64,000 bases of DNA from Octopus vulgaris (lineage: Eukaryota). The translations under genes and the position numbers were made by a program. The notes below the pieces were generated by a model. That model was not told where the DNA came from, did not search any database, and saw nothing but the letters and a program-made list of their open reading frames with translations. Each line of letters begins with the position of its first letter. The stretch's first letter is position 1. Shown here one piece after another: positions 1 through 14,276 of this stretch. The stretch spans positions 181,660,001 to 181,724,000 of the forward strand of contig OX597816.1 in assembly GCA_951406725.2 (NCBI GenBank), in the 5' to 3' direction.

Positions 1-67
1 AAGAAGGCTTCTGGTCAGTTATTCCGACCGCTACGCGCGCGCGCGCACACTTACACACGCACGCACG

Positions 68-111
<44 letters not shown>

Positions 112-148
112 CACACGCACACGCACACACACGAATGTACACACCCCC

Positions 149-368
149 TCGAGGGGTTTCTGAGAAGTTCCTGGCATTAAAGGTGTCGCGAAAGACCTGG
201 TTGGAGCCCCAACCTTCTGAGTTCTTTCACAGGGCTTAGAAAAACTGAAGGCCCACTGCAAATAAGTGTGTGAATCTGAGAGGGGAATATGTTGAGTAAG
301 ATCATAATCAACTGATCCTCCTGTGTTTTCTTGTACTCAAAGCCAGCAAGTTTTCAGCACCCTTCGTA
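149..368 (+). mobile_element. Mariner-derived MITE
   Basis: Imperfect TIRs (CGAGGGGTTTCTGAGAAGTTCCTGGC ... GCCAGCAAGTTTTCAGCACCCTTCGTA); interior carries the mariner transposase tail KCVNLRGEYVE*; same family inverted at 5791-6012. Confidence 0.75.
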
Positions 369-424
369 CATACATGCACGCACATGTATGAATAGAGGTA
401 TTTACGTATGCACACACACACTCA

Positions 425-835
<411 letters not shown>

Positions 836-1740
836 AAGCAGACAAACAGTTATGCACATGTATGTGTGACTGTAAGCGTGTGTGTGTATGTGCGCGCGCA
901 TGTGCGTCCATACGTGTGAAGCGAATTGCCATTTGCTGCGGTGTGTGTGTGTAGATTGGCCAGTAATGGCTGGTGTCAAACAGCACGTTCAAGCTGTCAC
1001 ACACAGAAGTAAGAGGAAGCTATAAACAATGACCACCAGGTCATTGTCCTCATCTCTGTCATTGTCACAATCTTTACAAACAATATATATTAGCCACAAC
1101 CACAACCATCGCCATCGCCACCGCCACTACTACCACTATTAGCACCACCAATACTTCTGTCACACCATCGCCACCATCTTCATCAACAGCATTACGAGTT
1201 CCATCAGCATTACCATCAATTGAAACTGTAATGGCACAAAAATATAACATTGTAAATATGAGGTGAAAAATAAATCTGAACATTCTGCAGAAGGCACTAA
1301 CGGCTTTAAGGACCCTCTTTGAGGGAACTGAAAGACTTTTGCTACGTCACTCATGACAATTGTGTAGAAATAATTCAGGAAGCGTTCTTATTTCGAGAAA
1401 GTATAACATCCACGACACCCACGAGTACAATTTTTTACTCAGATCAGAAGAAACCTATCACAAAGGCGGTGGTCTTATCATATACTAGATATAAAAGATA
1501 TAAATGCGCATGCGGTGAATGGAAATAGCGAATGGCCTTTGTAAACTTATAGAAGATACAGGTTTCCAGAAAAAAAAACACAAGTCACGCGTAGCAGAGT
1601 AATTTAAAATACAGACACACGCATAAAGAGAGAGAGGGAGAAGATAAGGAGAGAGAGAGAGAGAGAAAGAGGAAAGACAATAAATATTTAAAACAAAACG
1701 GAATAAATTTACGATTAAAATTATTAGTTTGACGCTTAGA

Positions 1741-1778
1741 GAACGACGTTTCGGATAATATCCTTTTTCAGTGTAGAG
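1741..1778 (-). ncRNA. Degenerate minimal type I hammerhead-like motif
   Basis: Minus strand CUGAAAA-A-GGAU/AUU/AUCC-GAAAC-GUC; core G8 changed to A; stem I weak. Confidence 0.4.
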
Positions 1779-2749
1779 AGCTAGACTAGGGAAAATATAA
1801 AAAAAGTACATTGAAGAATTAATTGAGGCGAAAATCCTCACGTAAAGCTGGTCAACTCACTGGCCTTAGATTGTGTGTGTGTGTGTGTGTCGTTGACGTC
1901 ATTAATATGGATAGAGAAATTCGAAAGATCGCTTTGGCCCAATAGGAGAACGCCTATTATGTTTATAGGGAGATGTGGATTCGAGTCCTGCAGATAATTT
2001 CTGTCCAAAAGGTTATTTATAGCTTTATCTGCTTCAAGATGAACCGTTCCAAAAAATAATTATGCCTATGTATATATACACATATATACATATAAAATCT
2101 ATAACTACTCTACCAGGTTATACACTTAAACTACAACACCTCACAAACACTAATTGGAAAAGTTTTCAAAGCACTTAACACCCGTTGGTTTTCAACCAGT
2201 ACAAATAACAAAAAGGTTAATGTAATAATAAGGATTGAAGGTATTGACACACACATTCATTATTACGCCAACGGTAATAGCTCTTCTTACATAATACAGT
2301 ACTTTATACAATGTGTCTGGGAGGAAAAGTTGGTCAAAAATAAACTCTATGTGAGATTGCGTATTGCTTGATATACCTGTGTTTGAAACAAGTCGGGACA
2401 ATCGAGGGTGGAACGCTTTACAAAAAATAAGGGATGATCTGGGGATAAGTAACAACAGTAAACGATGAAGCAGACAATCAGCCAAATATATAAATTCCCT
2501 TTTTTGTCTTTTAGTCTTATCGAAATAGATGAAGATGACCAGTTCTATCTAATACATGACTAATCACTAAATGCTATTAATAATTGTATTGTAAAATAAT
2601 ATTGATTCTTAATATCACCACAGGGCGTTATTATAAAATAAAATTAGACGTTATAAGTACAATTTGATGCAGATAAGAGAAATAGTCTCACAGAGAGGTA
2701 CGGTCGATCGACTGTCTCTGTTTTCTTTTCATTTTATTTTTTGTCTTTT

Positions 2750-3932
<1,183 letters not shown>

Positions 3933-4049
3933 ATATATGCATATGTGTGTGTGTGTGTGTGTGTGTGTACATATACATATATGTATGCATATATATATAT
4001 ATTTATATTATTATTTGATAGAACGTCACGCATCCATTTCCAAGTAAGT

Positions 4050-4118
<69 letters not shown>

Positions 4119-4285
4119 AGTTTGTGTTGCAAGATTCCTGACATGAAATCGTGTGCTGGAACCGAAACCGATATTGTTGTATTTCGGAATGGTCATTTTT
4201 TTTTTTGCTAAATAATCCCATGCACCATAGAGTTTTTCTTCAGTCGTTTATTACTGTTGCTATTTTACCATTTTAGCACATGTTC

Positions 4286-4335
4286 ATTGTCCGGAAATCT
4301 TTCGCCACACATCTGTGACCTCTTCAGCAACACTT
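4286..4335 (-). ncRNA. Minimal type I hammerhead-like motif
   Basis: CUGAAGA-G-GUCACA/GAUG/UGUGGC-GAAA-GAUU-UC; the inverted partner at 4416-4461 (+) has a CAGAAGA core. Confidence 0.55.
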
Positions 4336-4568
4336 TTCGTTTTCGTATGTGTTCCTGCTCCACTTACTCCATTCTGTTCTTGGAAGTGAAGCAAAAACAC
4401 ACAAGAAAATGAAAAGTGTCACAGAAGAGGTCACAGATGTGTGACGAAAGATTTCCGGACAATGCACATGAGTTAAAATAATATAATAAGAACAGTAATA
4501 AACGAGCGAGTGAAGAAAAAATATATAGTGAGTTTATTTGGTAAAAAGAAATGACCGTCCCGAAATAC

Positions 4569-4639
<71 letters not shown>

Positions 4640-4750
4640 ATTTCGGAATGGTCATTTTGCCAGTTTAGCCAATAAAAACACACGCACTATATATTTGGTT
4701 CTACTTTGCTTCAGTGTTATTTATTTATTACAGTGTTATTTATTTATTTC

Positions 4751-4795
4751 GGCCAGAGTTCGTTCGTCACACTCCTGTGACCGCATCAGTGGTCC
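4751..4795 (-). ncRNA. Variant minimal hammerhead-like motif (CUGAUGC core)
   Basis: GGACCA-CUGAUGC-G-GUCACA/GGAG/UGUGAC-GAAC-GAAC-UC-UGGCC; GAAA is changed to GAAC in this copy. Confidence 0.4.
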
Positions 4796-5093
4796 TTTGC
4801 TTTCTTCTTTCTTATGTGTGACGAAAGAACTCTGGCCGAAATAAGATTAAGTTTAATGTAAAAAATAAATAACACTGAAGCAAAGTAACACCAAATATAT
4901 AGTGCGTGTTTTTATTGGCTAAACTGGCAAAATGACCATTCCGAAATACAACAATATCTGTTTCAACACACGATTTCACATAAAAAATCTTGCACAACAA
5001 ATATATAAACGTATGTATATATATACATATACATATATATATGTATGTATATATATATCTGTAAAATAATATGTGACAATCATTCAATAGCCA

Positions 5094-5156
5094 AGATAAA
5101 ACTCTGAGTTTCGGATGCCGAGGTGGAAATCCACAACACCATCTCTTCGGTTATCT
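5094..5156 (-). ncRNA. Type I hammerhead-like motif (Penelope type)
   Basis: Stem I AGAUAA/UUAUCU; core CCGAAGA (U4>C); long stem II; GAAAC-UCAGA-GUU with a near-palindromic stem III. Confidence 0.6.
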
Positions 5157-5790
5157 GACCATCTGAAAAACGCTATGAAAAAAGACTGTTATACAAAGGG
5201 AAATTACTGTGTTATAATTCCGCTACTTATATAAAAGCGCTAATCCAATGACCGCTAATTAAAATAAGGTTAAAAGTTCATAGTAAACACGTAAGCATGC
5301 TTACTCATACGCATACACGTGCGTACGTGTACGTCACTATGAAAACGTACACATCTTCACTCGCATTTTTCGCCAAATGTATATGCATATATATACAAAC
5401 TCATACACACACACGCGCACCGTAAAAGTTCATACATACGTCTATATACGCACAAGCACAAGAAAAAACAAAAAAGAAAAAACATAAGGAAGTATAGAAG
5501 GTGTAAAACCACGTTCAGTGCGGTCAGGACTTAATTTGAACAATAATATCAAGAAGTTCAGCAAATTAATTGATTTACTGAAACTATTCAGATTGCGAGA
5601 GAAGGTAGACCAACGTCTAGCGGCTATTGCCACCGATGTCGAAGAGGAAAGATAATCTTAAGGAATCAAGAACTCTCTGGAATTTGCATGAGTAAAATTT
5701 GCATTAAGTAAAAGTCTGCTTTCATTCTGCTTTCAGCCGTGATCGCGTGTTTGCGTCTTAATAGGCAGCATCAACACAGCAAAAAAGATG

Positions 5791-6012
5791 CGAGGCGGTG
5801 CTGAAAAGTTCCTGGCTTTGAATAAAACAAAATACAGGAGGATCAATTAATTATGATTTTAGTTAGCGTATTCCCCTCTCAGATTCACACACTTATTGCA
5901 GTGGTCCTTCAGTTTTTCTAAGCCCTATAGAAGCACTGGGAAGGTTGTGCTTCCAACCAGCAACGCCTTTCGCGATACCCTTAAAGCCAGAAGCTTTCCA
6001 GCGCATCCTCCT
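5791..6012 (-). mobile_element. Mariner-derived MITE
   Basis: TIRs CGAGGCGGTGCTGAAAAGTTCCTGGCTTT / AAAGCCAGAAGCTTTCCAGCGCATCCTCCTA; reverse-complement homolog of 149-368. Confidence 0.75.
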
Positions 6013-6629
6013 ATATGTGTGCATGTGTGTAAATGTGTAGAAATGTATATATATTGTATATACTAGCAAGCTCGATTGCTGCACTGCGCTGGGGAAACAT
6101 TTATAGAATTGATTTGATTCTAGCTGAGTCGAAAATGGCAAATGAAGAAACACCCAGAAAAAAATTTGCAATACATAGTTTGTCAAATGTATTTCTCGGA
6201 ATAGCAATGACATGTCGCCTGTCAGTATGCAAATTAATGTCCTGGTTCTGCAGTGTGTATTGTGTAGCTATTATACTTCGTACGTTCAACACAGTACAAA
6301 GCATAGAAATAAATAAACAACATGTAATGGATGATGTAATAGAAGTACTGTAAGGAAAATAAAAGAAATAGTACATTATAGAGATTTGTAAAAATTTGTA
6401 TTGAGAGTGGTGAAGGGAAAGCATCTGTAGATCGAAACAATGTTCTATGATGAAATGGAAGCTATTTTTGCTATTTATACATCACATATGAGTTCTCTAC
6501 CAATATACCAACCATATACACGTGTATATATAAATTATATAATACAAAATAAATTTATGCAAGGTCATGTGGTCACCAAGTGACCAGAATACACCCAAAC
6601 CCAAGCAAAGGATGCGTGTGCGTTTAAGT

Positions 6630-6920
6630 AAGGCTCGTAGCCTAGCGGTTAAGAATGTTGATCTAATTGTCGTCAACTGGGTTCGATTCCGGAGCTTGGC
6701 AGCGCGTTATGTCCTTCAGCAAGACGCTTTGTTACTTGTGATTCGAATCCACTCAGCTAAAAAATGAGCAATAGCTTAGAGCTGGGGCAGCTCCCTATTG
6801 TCCCAGCAGACCCATCTTGGCTCTTTTGTTAGGTCAAGTTTTATTGCCTGGGCCTCTTCGCAATAACATCCATGTCCCAAGCAACAACCGAAAGTATGGA
6901 ACATACCACCGAACCATACG

Positions 6921-6981
<61 letters not shown>

Positions 6982-7110
6982 CAGTGAAGGCACTTGGCCT
7001 GGCGGTTACAGTGTTTCACTCACGATCGCGAAATAGTGATTTCATTTCCCAGACCGATTGCTGCATTATGTTCTTGAGCAAAACACTTCATTTCAAGTTG
7101 CTCTGGGATC
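6630..7110 (+). mobile_element. Two degenerate tRNA-derived SINE heads (6630-6775, 6987-7110)
   Basis: A-box/B-box-like TAGCGGTTAAG...GGTTCGATTCC followed by a GTTCTTGAGCAAAACACTT-type core. Confidence 0.55.
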
Positions 7111-8599
7111 ATTTCGACATCTGATTGAGGGAGGGAGAAAATGTGCTGCACAAACCTTTCATAAACAAAGGAAACAAACATATAAGAAGAAAATTTATAC
7201 ATAAACTTGATCCTTTCACTTTTTGGGCCACTGTCGTGAATTTCTCCTTGTTTTTCAAAAATCCCCTAAATCACAAAATAAGCGGGGAAATCTGCCCTAT
7301 TTTTCAAATCCTGGCAGCAACACTGAAGCTGGAAGCAGGATAATAATCTAATTCTACACTGTATCATATTCAAGAATATAAACACGTTTTTAAGCACAAC
7401 ACATGCAAAGTCAAAAAGAAACTCTACCTTTCACCAACACTACGTGAACGACAGTGCTCTCTCTCCCCAGCGTGAAGCTTCCTATCTCGAACATATGAGC
7501 ATGCGCACAACAGTCAAACACCGTGTCGCTGGGACTGCGAAGCGCACAGTTCTATACAAGGATTTTTTAGTTTTTTTCATAAACTGGGGGATGGCTATAG
7601 ACATTTAGCTTAAGGATTATATAATGTACAAGTATAAAGAAGGAATTAAAGAAAAAAAAGGACTCATTATATTGAATGTTATCGATAATATCGAGTGGAA
7701 ATGGGGGGAGCTGCAGTTCCACAGTGCCTATACACGAGCCACCACTGATTGGTACATAGAACAGCTTTTCACATTTAATAGTAATGAAATTTTGAGTGGA
7801 TATATCTGATATCCGCAGTAAAACGATTAAAAGACATCATCCGACGTGCATCATCGTAAATCGAATTTTGTTGGATTTTCTTCGCTTTTGCGAATCACAA
7901 GACCAGTCAGTTTGAATGGAGAGAAAATAAGAAAAGCTTCAATGCCTGGAATGTGTAGGGACCACAGTCCATCTGAAACCCAAATCCTCCCTTACATTCA
8001 ACATTCTTAATCACTGCAAATGTTATGGGATTGCTTATTTTCCTCTAAGCCATTAAAAAAAGGGTGAAATCTTAATTAGATTTCGCTCCTGTTCTTCGCA
8101 AACTGAATGTCTGTGTAAAGGCTCCTTCATTCGATCATTTTACATTCATTGACGTGATTAACGCCGCTGCTACTCATCCATCACCGTTGTTTGCTGCAGT
8201 TTCATCTATGTCCTTCATTTTTACCCACTTAATTTGAACTTAATGACGGTCGCTGAACTGTTCAAACTCTCACGATAGATCTATAATTTATCGTCGGTTC
8301 AGATTTTATAATTCTTGTAACTCAACCATACAACGACATGTGTTACTCTTCTTTGTATGATTTACCCGATAAAAATCATTAAAACAAAAACAACTTGGTT
8401 TTCAATTAAACAAAAGCTCATATGAATAACTGAAAGTATGCACAGTGAACGGAATATTTAAACAGTTGTCATTTTTATCAACCTTGTTTGCACTTGGATA
8501 TTTTTTCTCCTTTCTTTTTTTAAACTTCATGCTACTTTATGCTAACACACACGCGCTTACACACACAAATACTTCCCCCATACACATACACATATTAAC

Positions 8600-8868
8600 T
8601 GGCATTCTGTCGGTTACAACGATGAGTGTTCCCATAGATCAAGTCAACGGAACAGCCTGCTCATGAAATTAACGTGCAAGTGGCTGAGCACTCCACACAC
8701 ACGTGTATTCTTAATGTAGCTACAGATATTGCAGGTATAACTCATGTTTGCTAGCCGGGTGGACTAGTGCAACGTGAAATAAAGTGTTTAGCTCAAGGAC
8801 ACAACGCGCCATTAGGAATCGAACTCATGACCGTGAGCCGAATACCCGAATCACTAAGCCATGCACCT
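8600..8868 (-). mobile_element. tRNA-derived SINE, degenerate
   Basis: CAACGTGAAATAAAGTGTTTAGCTCAAGGACACAACGC matches the reverse complement of the SINE core at 18928 and 20209. Confidence 0.6.
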
Positions 8869-9255
8869 TCAACACACACACACACACACACACACACTCA
8901 AACACACTCACGCACCTTCAACACACACACAAACACACAAACACACTCACGCACATTCAACACACACACAAACACACAAACACACTCACGCACATTCAAC
9001 ACACACACAAACACACAAACACACTCACGCACATTCAACACACACACAAACACACAAACACACTCACGCACATTCAACACACACACAAACACACAAACAC
9101 ACTCACGCACATTCAACACACACACACACACACACAAACACACTCACGCACCTTCAACACACACACAAACACACAAACACACTCACGCACATTCAACACA
9201 CACACAAACACACAAACACACTCACGCACATTCAACACACACACACACACACACA
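8864..9255. repeat. 39-bp CA-rich minisatellite, about 9-10 units
   Basis: Unit CACATTCAACACACACACAAACACACAAACACACTCACG (13-aa period in the ORF track). Confidence 0.9.
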
Positions 9256-9562
9256 TACCTTCCCTTACACTGTCTGCTATATTTTCTTATTTCCGCTTCC
9301 ACTCCATAACTCTACTCTCTGATTTCTTTGCCATTTCGGATCGACTCAAACTCAATAAATAAGCATAATGAGTCTTCCTGGCTCTAGTAATGCTAGCGCT
9401 GTCTCTGCTTTTTTTTTTCTCTCTCTAGACTTTGTTTTTATATTAATCAAAACATTATTGATAACATCTCCGATTAACGTAACTGACCAGACAAACTTTA
9501 CATACCAATTCCATTAGATTCCCCTACCTCGCTCTTTCTCATAATCACGATACATATGCCAT

Positions 9563-9597
<35 letters not shown>

Positions 9598-10254
9598 ACG
9601 ACGCGGTAGTAACTTTTACTGCATTTGCAAAACGGCTGTATAATAATGGATGGCATGCTGGTAAGGGTTGATGGTGGTAAACTCTCAGGAAGTCAATTAT
9701 GTGACACAAGTTCGATTCTTACTTGAACCACAATTATTACATATATGTGGAAATGGTTGGATTTCTGTATGTCAATCTGACTCTCTCTGGAGCTATTACA
9801 AAGAGTATGGAAACCCTAAATAGAGTGTTCTTGTACTGGACTTATTTATGATCCAGTTTGCGCCACATAGACACTTTATTTCTCTTGGGTGATTTCTAAC
9901 GATTCCTCTTTATTGCAGCATTCGGGCCAGGTCTCTGAGTTGAAGAAGGCTTCCTTCTTTTAAGTGGACTCGGAGTCCCCGAAAGGTGTCATAGGCACCG
10001 CCCTTCCTCCTTTCACCATTGAATGCCTCGACACATGTATATACATAAGAAATTATGATAAACATAAATCATATATTGTTCCCTGCGTACTTTCACCGTT
10101 CTGGTTAACTAGAATCTTTGCATTGGATGTTTCAAGTGCAGTTCGATGTACAATTGATCATCAAGGGAACACGTTATTGTATAATATTACAGAGAACAAA
10201 TTCATAACATTTGATCTCTGTATGTATGTATATATCTTCTATTTTTAATTACTA

Positions 10255-10770
10255 CAAATCTTTCACTGAGGAGGGAGCCGGTTTCCAACAAGGCTCCATC
10301 TTTCGGATGTAATTAACACAGGCAAATTCACGTTTGGAACTTGAGAAAAGTCTTGCATATTTTTAAAGTTCCATTCACAGATAGCCCTTGTAATGTACGA
10401 ATCAGCCGGTCAATTTCTCTTTCTGAAAATCCCAGTTTATCCAGATTCTCCTTTAAGCATTTACTAACAAAACTTAGTGCTCAAATTATTATTGGTATGA
10501 GTATGACTTCATAGTCTGGATATAGAAGCTGGAGGTTTCGATGCAGTTGTCCATTGATATCCTCTTTTTCTTTGGTTTTCAAAGATATATTTATAACTGC
10601 AGGGCAACTAACCTCTATGATGGTACATGCCTTTGTCCCACTGTCTCAAACAACAATATCCGGCCTGTTATGCTTACATCTGACAGAGGTTTTGATAGGA
10701 ATATTCCACCAGTATTCTTTGAGTTGGTGTTTATGAATGTATTCCATAACTGAGGGATTTTCTATGCATA
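10255..10770 (-). mobile_element. R4/Dong-like LINE 3' fragment (older copy)
   Basis: Diverged homolog of 11040-11400 (restriction-like endonuclease region) plus the same GGAGCC/GGCTCC 3' hairpin. Confidence 0.6.
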
Positions 10771-10789
10771 TATGTATGTCATTGTTCAG

Positions 10790-12110
10790 TTTTATTACAA
10801 GATTACTCACCAATAGAGAAAGAGCCGTTTTCTAACGTAAATCCAAGGCTCCTTCAGTGGAATTTCAACATCAACAACAGGTTATTTTTGTATGCATGTA
10901 TGTATGTATGTATGTATGTATGTATGTATGTGCAGATTTGTATGTTTTATGTACGTATTCTCATGCATAGAGTTGTATATCTAGACATGCTCATATATAT
11001 TTAAATGATAAACTTCTGGAAAGTTTTACAGATTTTTACAGTTCTAGTGATGGATCTGAAGTCTTCGAATTAACTTTCTCCTTTCTGGTTTTGAGAAGCC
11101 TAATTTCTCAAGATTTGTATTTAGGCAGTGTGTTACATATCTGGGGACTCCAATAATTACAGGTATATGCCTAAACTTGTAATCTGTACAGACTAACTGC
11201 AGATTCCTCAATAATTTAGCATAGGTGTTCTCTTTTTCACTGATCTTCAGTTTTATGTTAACATCCGCTGAATAGCTAATTTCCACAACTGTGCACAGTT
11301 TCTCCTCTATCCTAAATCATTATATCAGGTCCGTTGTGCTAACATTTTATTGCGGTTTTCACTGAGACATTCCACCAGTAATCCTTTTCATTATGAGTGG
11401 CTATGGCTTCTACCATACTGTGAGTTCTTATTTCTTTCTCCTCGAGATTATCCTTCCGACGGATTTCATTATAGAGTTCCTAGCTACAACGTCATGTCTC
11501 ATCGGTAGATAATAGCGTGATGACATTTTCGGACAACTGATTATGATGTGGGTGATATTTTCAGTGTGAACGCCACAAAGTTTGCATCGATTGTTACACT
11601 TTACGGCTTTATCTGCATCTCTATTCCTTTTGTGCATCAGGTATTTGATTGATATTTCCTGTTCCTGGATTGCAAACGCATACCCTTCAAAGTGGGAAGT
11701 AGTAATCCGGTTATTGGTCCAGGATAGACTGCTTTGATGATCAATGTTACCGTCATCTCGGAGCTTTCTAGTAACATGTCAATGCATAGTCTTTTGCTCA
11801 TATTGGCTCATCCTTTCATCTGATGATACGTTGCGGTAGAGTCGTGCGACTTCTTTGAGCTTGTATTCTAGTTATCAAACAAGGAGTGTTGCTCAAGGAG
11901 CTTTCCTTACAAGTCTTATGATGTTATCAGCCTCATGTATGCAAACTTGGTCAAGGGATGCACTTCGACACTTGGTGGTTAAAAGATCTTGCCGAAGAGA
12001 TATGATGCGACCTTCAAAGGCATTTTGGATCGATGTTAAACCTCTTCCGCCTTGTTTTCGTTTTAGGTAGAGCCGGCTGTTCCGTTGATCGGATCAACTG
12101 GAACCTCCTC
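10790..12110 (-). mobile_element. R4/Dong-like RLE non-LTR retrotransposon, 5'-truncated and decayed
   Basis: EGYAFAIQEQEI motif, CCHC knuckle CKLC...HIIISC...RHDVV, PD-(D/E)xK endonuclease region (PDIMI...EIS...KENTY); frameshifts. Confidence 0.75.
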
Positions 12111-12459
12111 GTCGTAACCGACGGACTGCCAAGTTTTTGTATCTCTTCTTTTTCCGTTGTTGTTGCTGTTGTTGTTCTTTTTCTTTTTTCAAATAATTTT
12201 CGCAATTCCGAAAAATAAGAATTCTGAATCAGGAAATATTCTGACATTCAGCTAAATCGGTTGGTTTAATCAACATTCAGAATTTTTAATCGAGCTATCC
12301 AGATTAGACAAACTATTTATTTCCTATTTGTATAATTCGCGGCTACCCATCCTCTCTCCGAAAACGGAAGCTTTTTACTCAATGTTCCGCAGTGAAACAC
12401 AAATCCTGAACCATCAACATATGAGAATTAGTTATGTTTTCCCAGTTTCCTGGTATCAG

Positions 12460-12640
12460 TAACTGGTGTGCGGTCATGCTGGGGCACCGCCACGTAGCGT
12501 TGTAGGCAATTAAAATGGTCGTCAACACTAACTTTTTGAATCTACCACTTATTTTATCGATTCCTTAACCTCCCTAAGGGCGCTGTTACAGGACACAAAC
12601 AAACCAATTCCGGTAGTCATGCAGCGAGACACAAACAATA
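12460..12640 (-). mobile_element. Degenerate SINE family A 3' half
   Basis: GCGGTCATGCTGGGGCACCGCC tail motif, similar to 56420-56839. Confidence 0.5.
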
Positions 12641-12796
12641 CGTGTGTGTGTGGTGGGTGTTTGTGTGTGTATGGGTGTGAATGTATGTGCGTACATATAT
12701 ATATATATATATATATATTACATCTTCCGCTTTTCATTTGCCATATATATGTGTGTGTGTATGTGTGTGCGTATACATATGTATATATATGTATAT

Positions 12797-12853
<57 letters not shown>

Positions 12854-12895
12854 TGTATGTATGCATGTATGTATATATATATATGTGTGTGTGTA

Positions 12896-13710
12896 TACGA
12901 TGGAGTGTCAAAAATTATACGCACCTTTGTTTTTTAAATGTATTTACAGAGAAGCAAGGGATAAATAAGGACGTCATTTTTCTATATATTTTCTTTTCGA
13001 TGCACTTGGTCCATCAGTCTACAAGCTAGCGTATTCCCTCCAAGAAGAAGGTTTTCGATTGGTCGTGCAAGCATTTATGTACCGCCTCCATCACATCTTC
13101 ATCCGTAGGAAATCGATGACCTCGTAAACCATCTTTGAACGGTTCAAAGATATGATAGTCGGAAGGGGCAAGATTTAGGCCGTAGGCAGGGTGTTCCAGT
13201 ACCTCAAAACCCAGTTGGTTAATGGTTTCAACGGTCTGAGAGGCTGTGTGTGGTCGTGCATTTTCATGCAACAACAAAACCTTCGACAATAAGCTTCGGG
13301 GTTTTTGTGCGAATTGCTGGTGTCAGTTTGTTGGCCAGCAAAGAACTGTATCTTGCATTGCTGATCGTACACCCATTTTCCAGGTAGTCTTCCAATTTTG
13401 AAACTTTGAAATTTATAAACTTCTCAATCCACTCATACACACTTCTACGCGGTAGTGGACTGTCCCCGTATTGTGCTAAAAGCCTCCGATGTATTTCAAC
13501 ATCTGACAACCTTTCCGACCAGAGAAATCGGTGCACATTACTAGTCCACATTACTGTAAAGCCAGAAAGAAAAATGGCGCGATCAGGACCAAAAGTCGAT
13601 CACGTGACCACAATAATACCAACTATAAGCACGCATACGCAGAAGGTAGTGTGACAATAATAAAGATATGTCATGGGGAAAGTGCGGATAATTTTTTACT
13701 TCCCCTCGTA
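12896..13710 (-). mobile_element. Internally deleted mariner transposon
   Basis: TIRs TACGATGGAGTGTCAAAAATTATACGCAC / GTGCGGATAATTTTTTACTTCCCCTCGTA; N-terminal HTH (EIHRRLLAQYGD...VYEWIEKF) and C-terminal HENARPH...LAPSDYHIF. Confidence 0.9.
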
Positions 13711-13723
13711 TGTATGTATGTAT

Positions 13724-13799
<76 letters not shown>

Positions 13800-13913
13800 A
13801 TATTTCAGAATGGTCATATTGCCAGTTTAGCCAATAAAAACACACGCACTATATATTTGGTGTTATTTTGCTTCAGTGTTATTTATTTTTTACATTAATC
13901 TTAATCTTATTTC

Positions 13914-13958
13914 GGCCAGAGTTCTTTCGTCACACTCCTGTGACCGCATCAGTGGTCC
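13914..13958 (-). ncRNA. Variant minimal hammerhead-like motif (CUGAUGC core) in pLTR-like unit 13797-13985
   Basis: GGACCA-CUGAUGC-G-GUCACA/GGAG/UGUGAC-GAAA-GAAC-UC-UGGCC. Confidence 0.5.
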
Positions 13959-14276
13959 TTTGTTTTCTTCTTTTTTATTTGTGTCTCTCCTTACAGCCAT
14001 TTTGTAAGTGTATGAGTGTGTGTGTGCATGTATGAGTGTCTGTATACACACACGTATGTATGTATGTATGTATGTATGTATGTATGTATGTATGTATGTA
14101 TGTATAATTGGTCACATCTCACACACTACGTGCAGCAAAAAGGCTGGAGATAGTTTTGAAATCAGCTTCGCAAATGTTTTCCAGTCCACTTGAAATCGTC
14201 CCTAATAGAAATTCATTATTTTCTTGTTTTTTTTAACGATATATACAGTATAATAAGAAAAATGTGGTATATTGGC

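Larger units (their letters stand above)
4120..5000. mobile_element. Array of four alternating-orientation Penelope pLTR-like units with minimal hammerhead motifs
   Basis: 4176-4367 is inverted to 4383-4571; 4636-4772 is inverted to 4817-4952; outer 4120-4175 is inverted to 4953-5000; shared end GTTGTATTTCGGAATGGTCATTTT; related copy at 13797-13985. Confidence 0.65.

Noticed and set aside
8864-9255. CRISPR-like regular repeat
   Set aside because: No unique spacers, eukaryotic context, no cas genes
10810-10872. CUGAAGG...GAAA on the minus strand as a hammerhead
   Set aside because: Core and spacing do not fit; better explained as the LINE 3' hairpin
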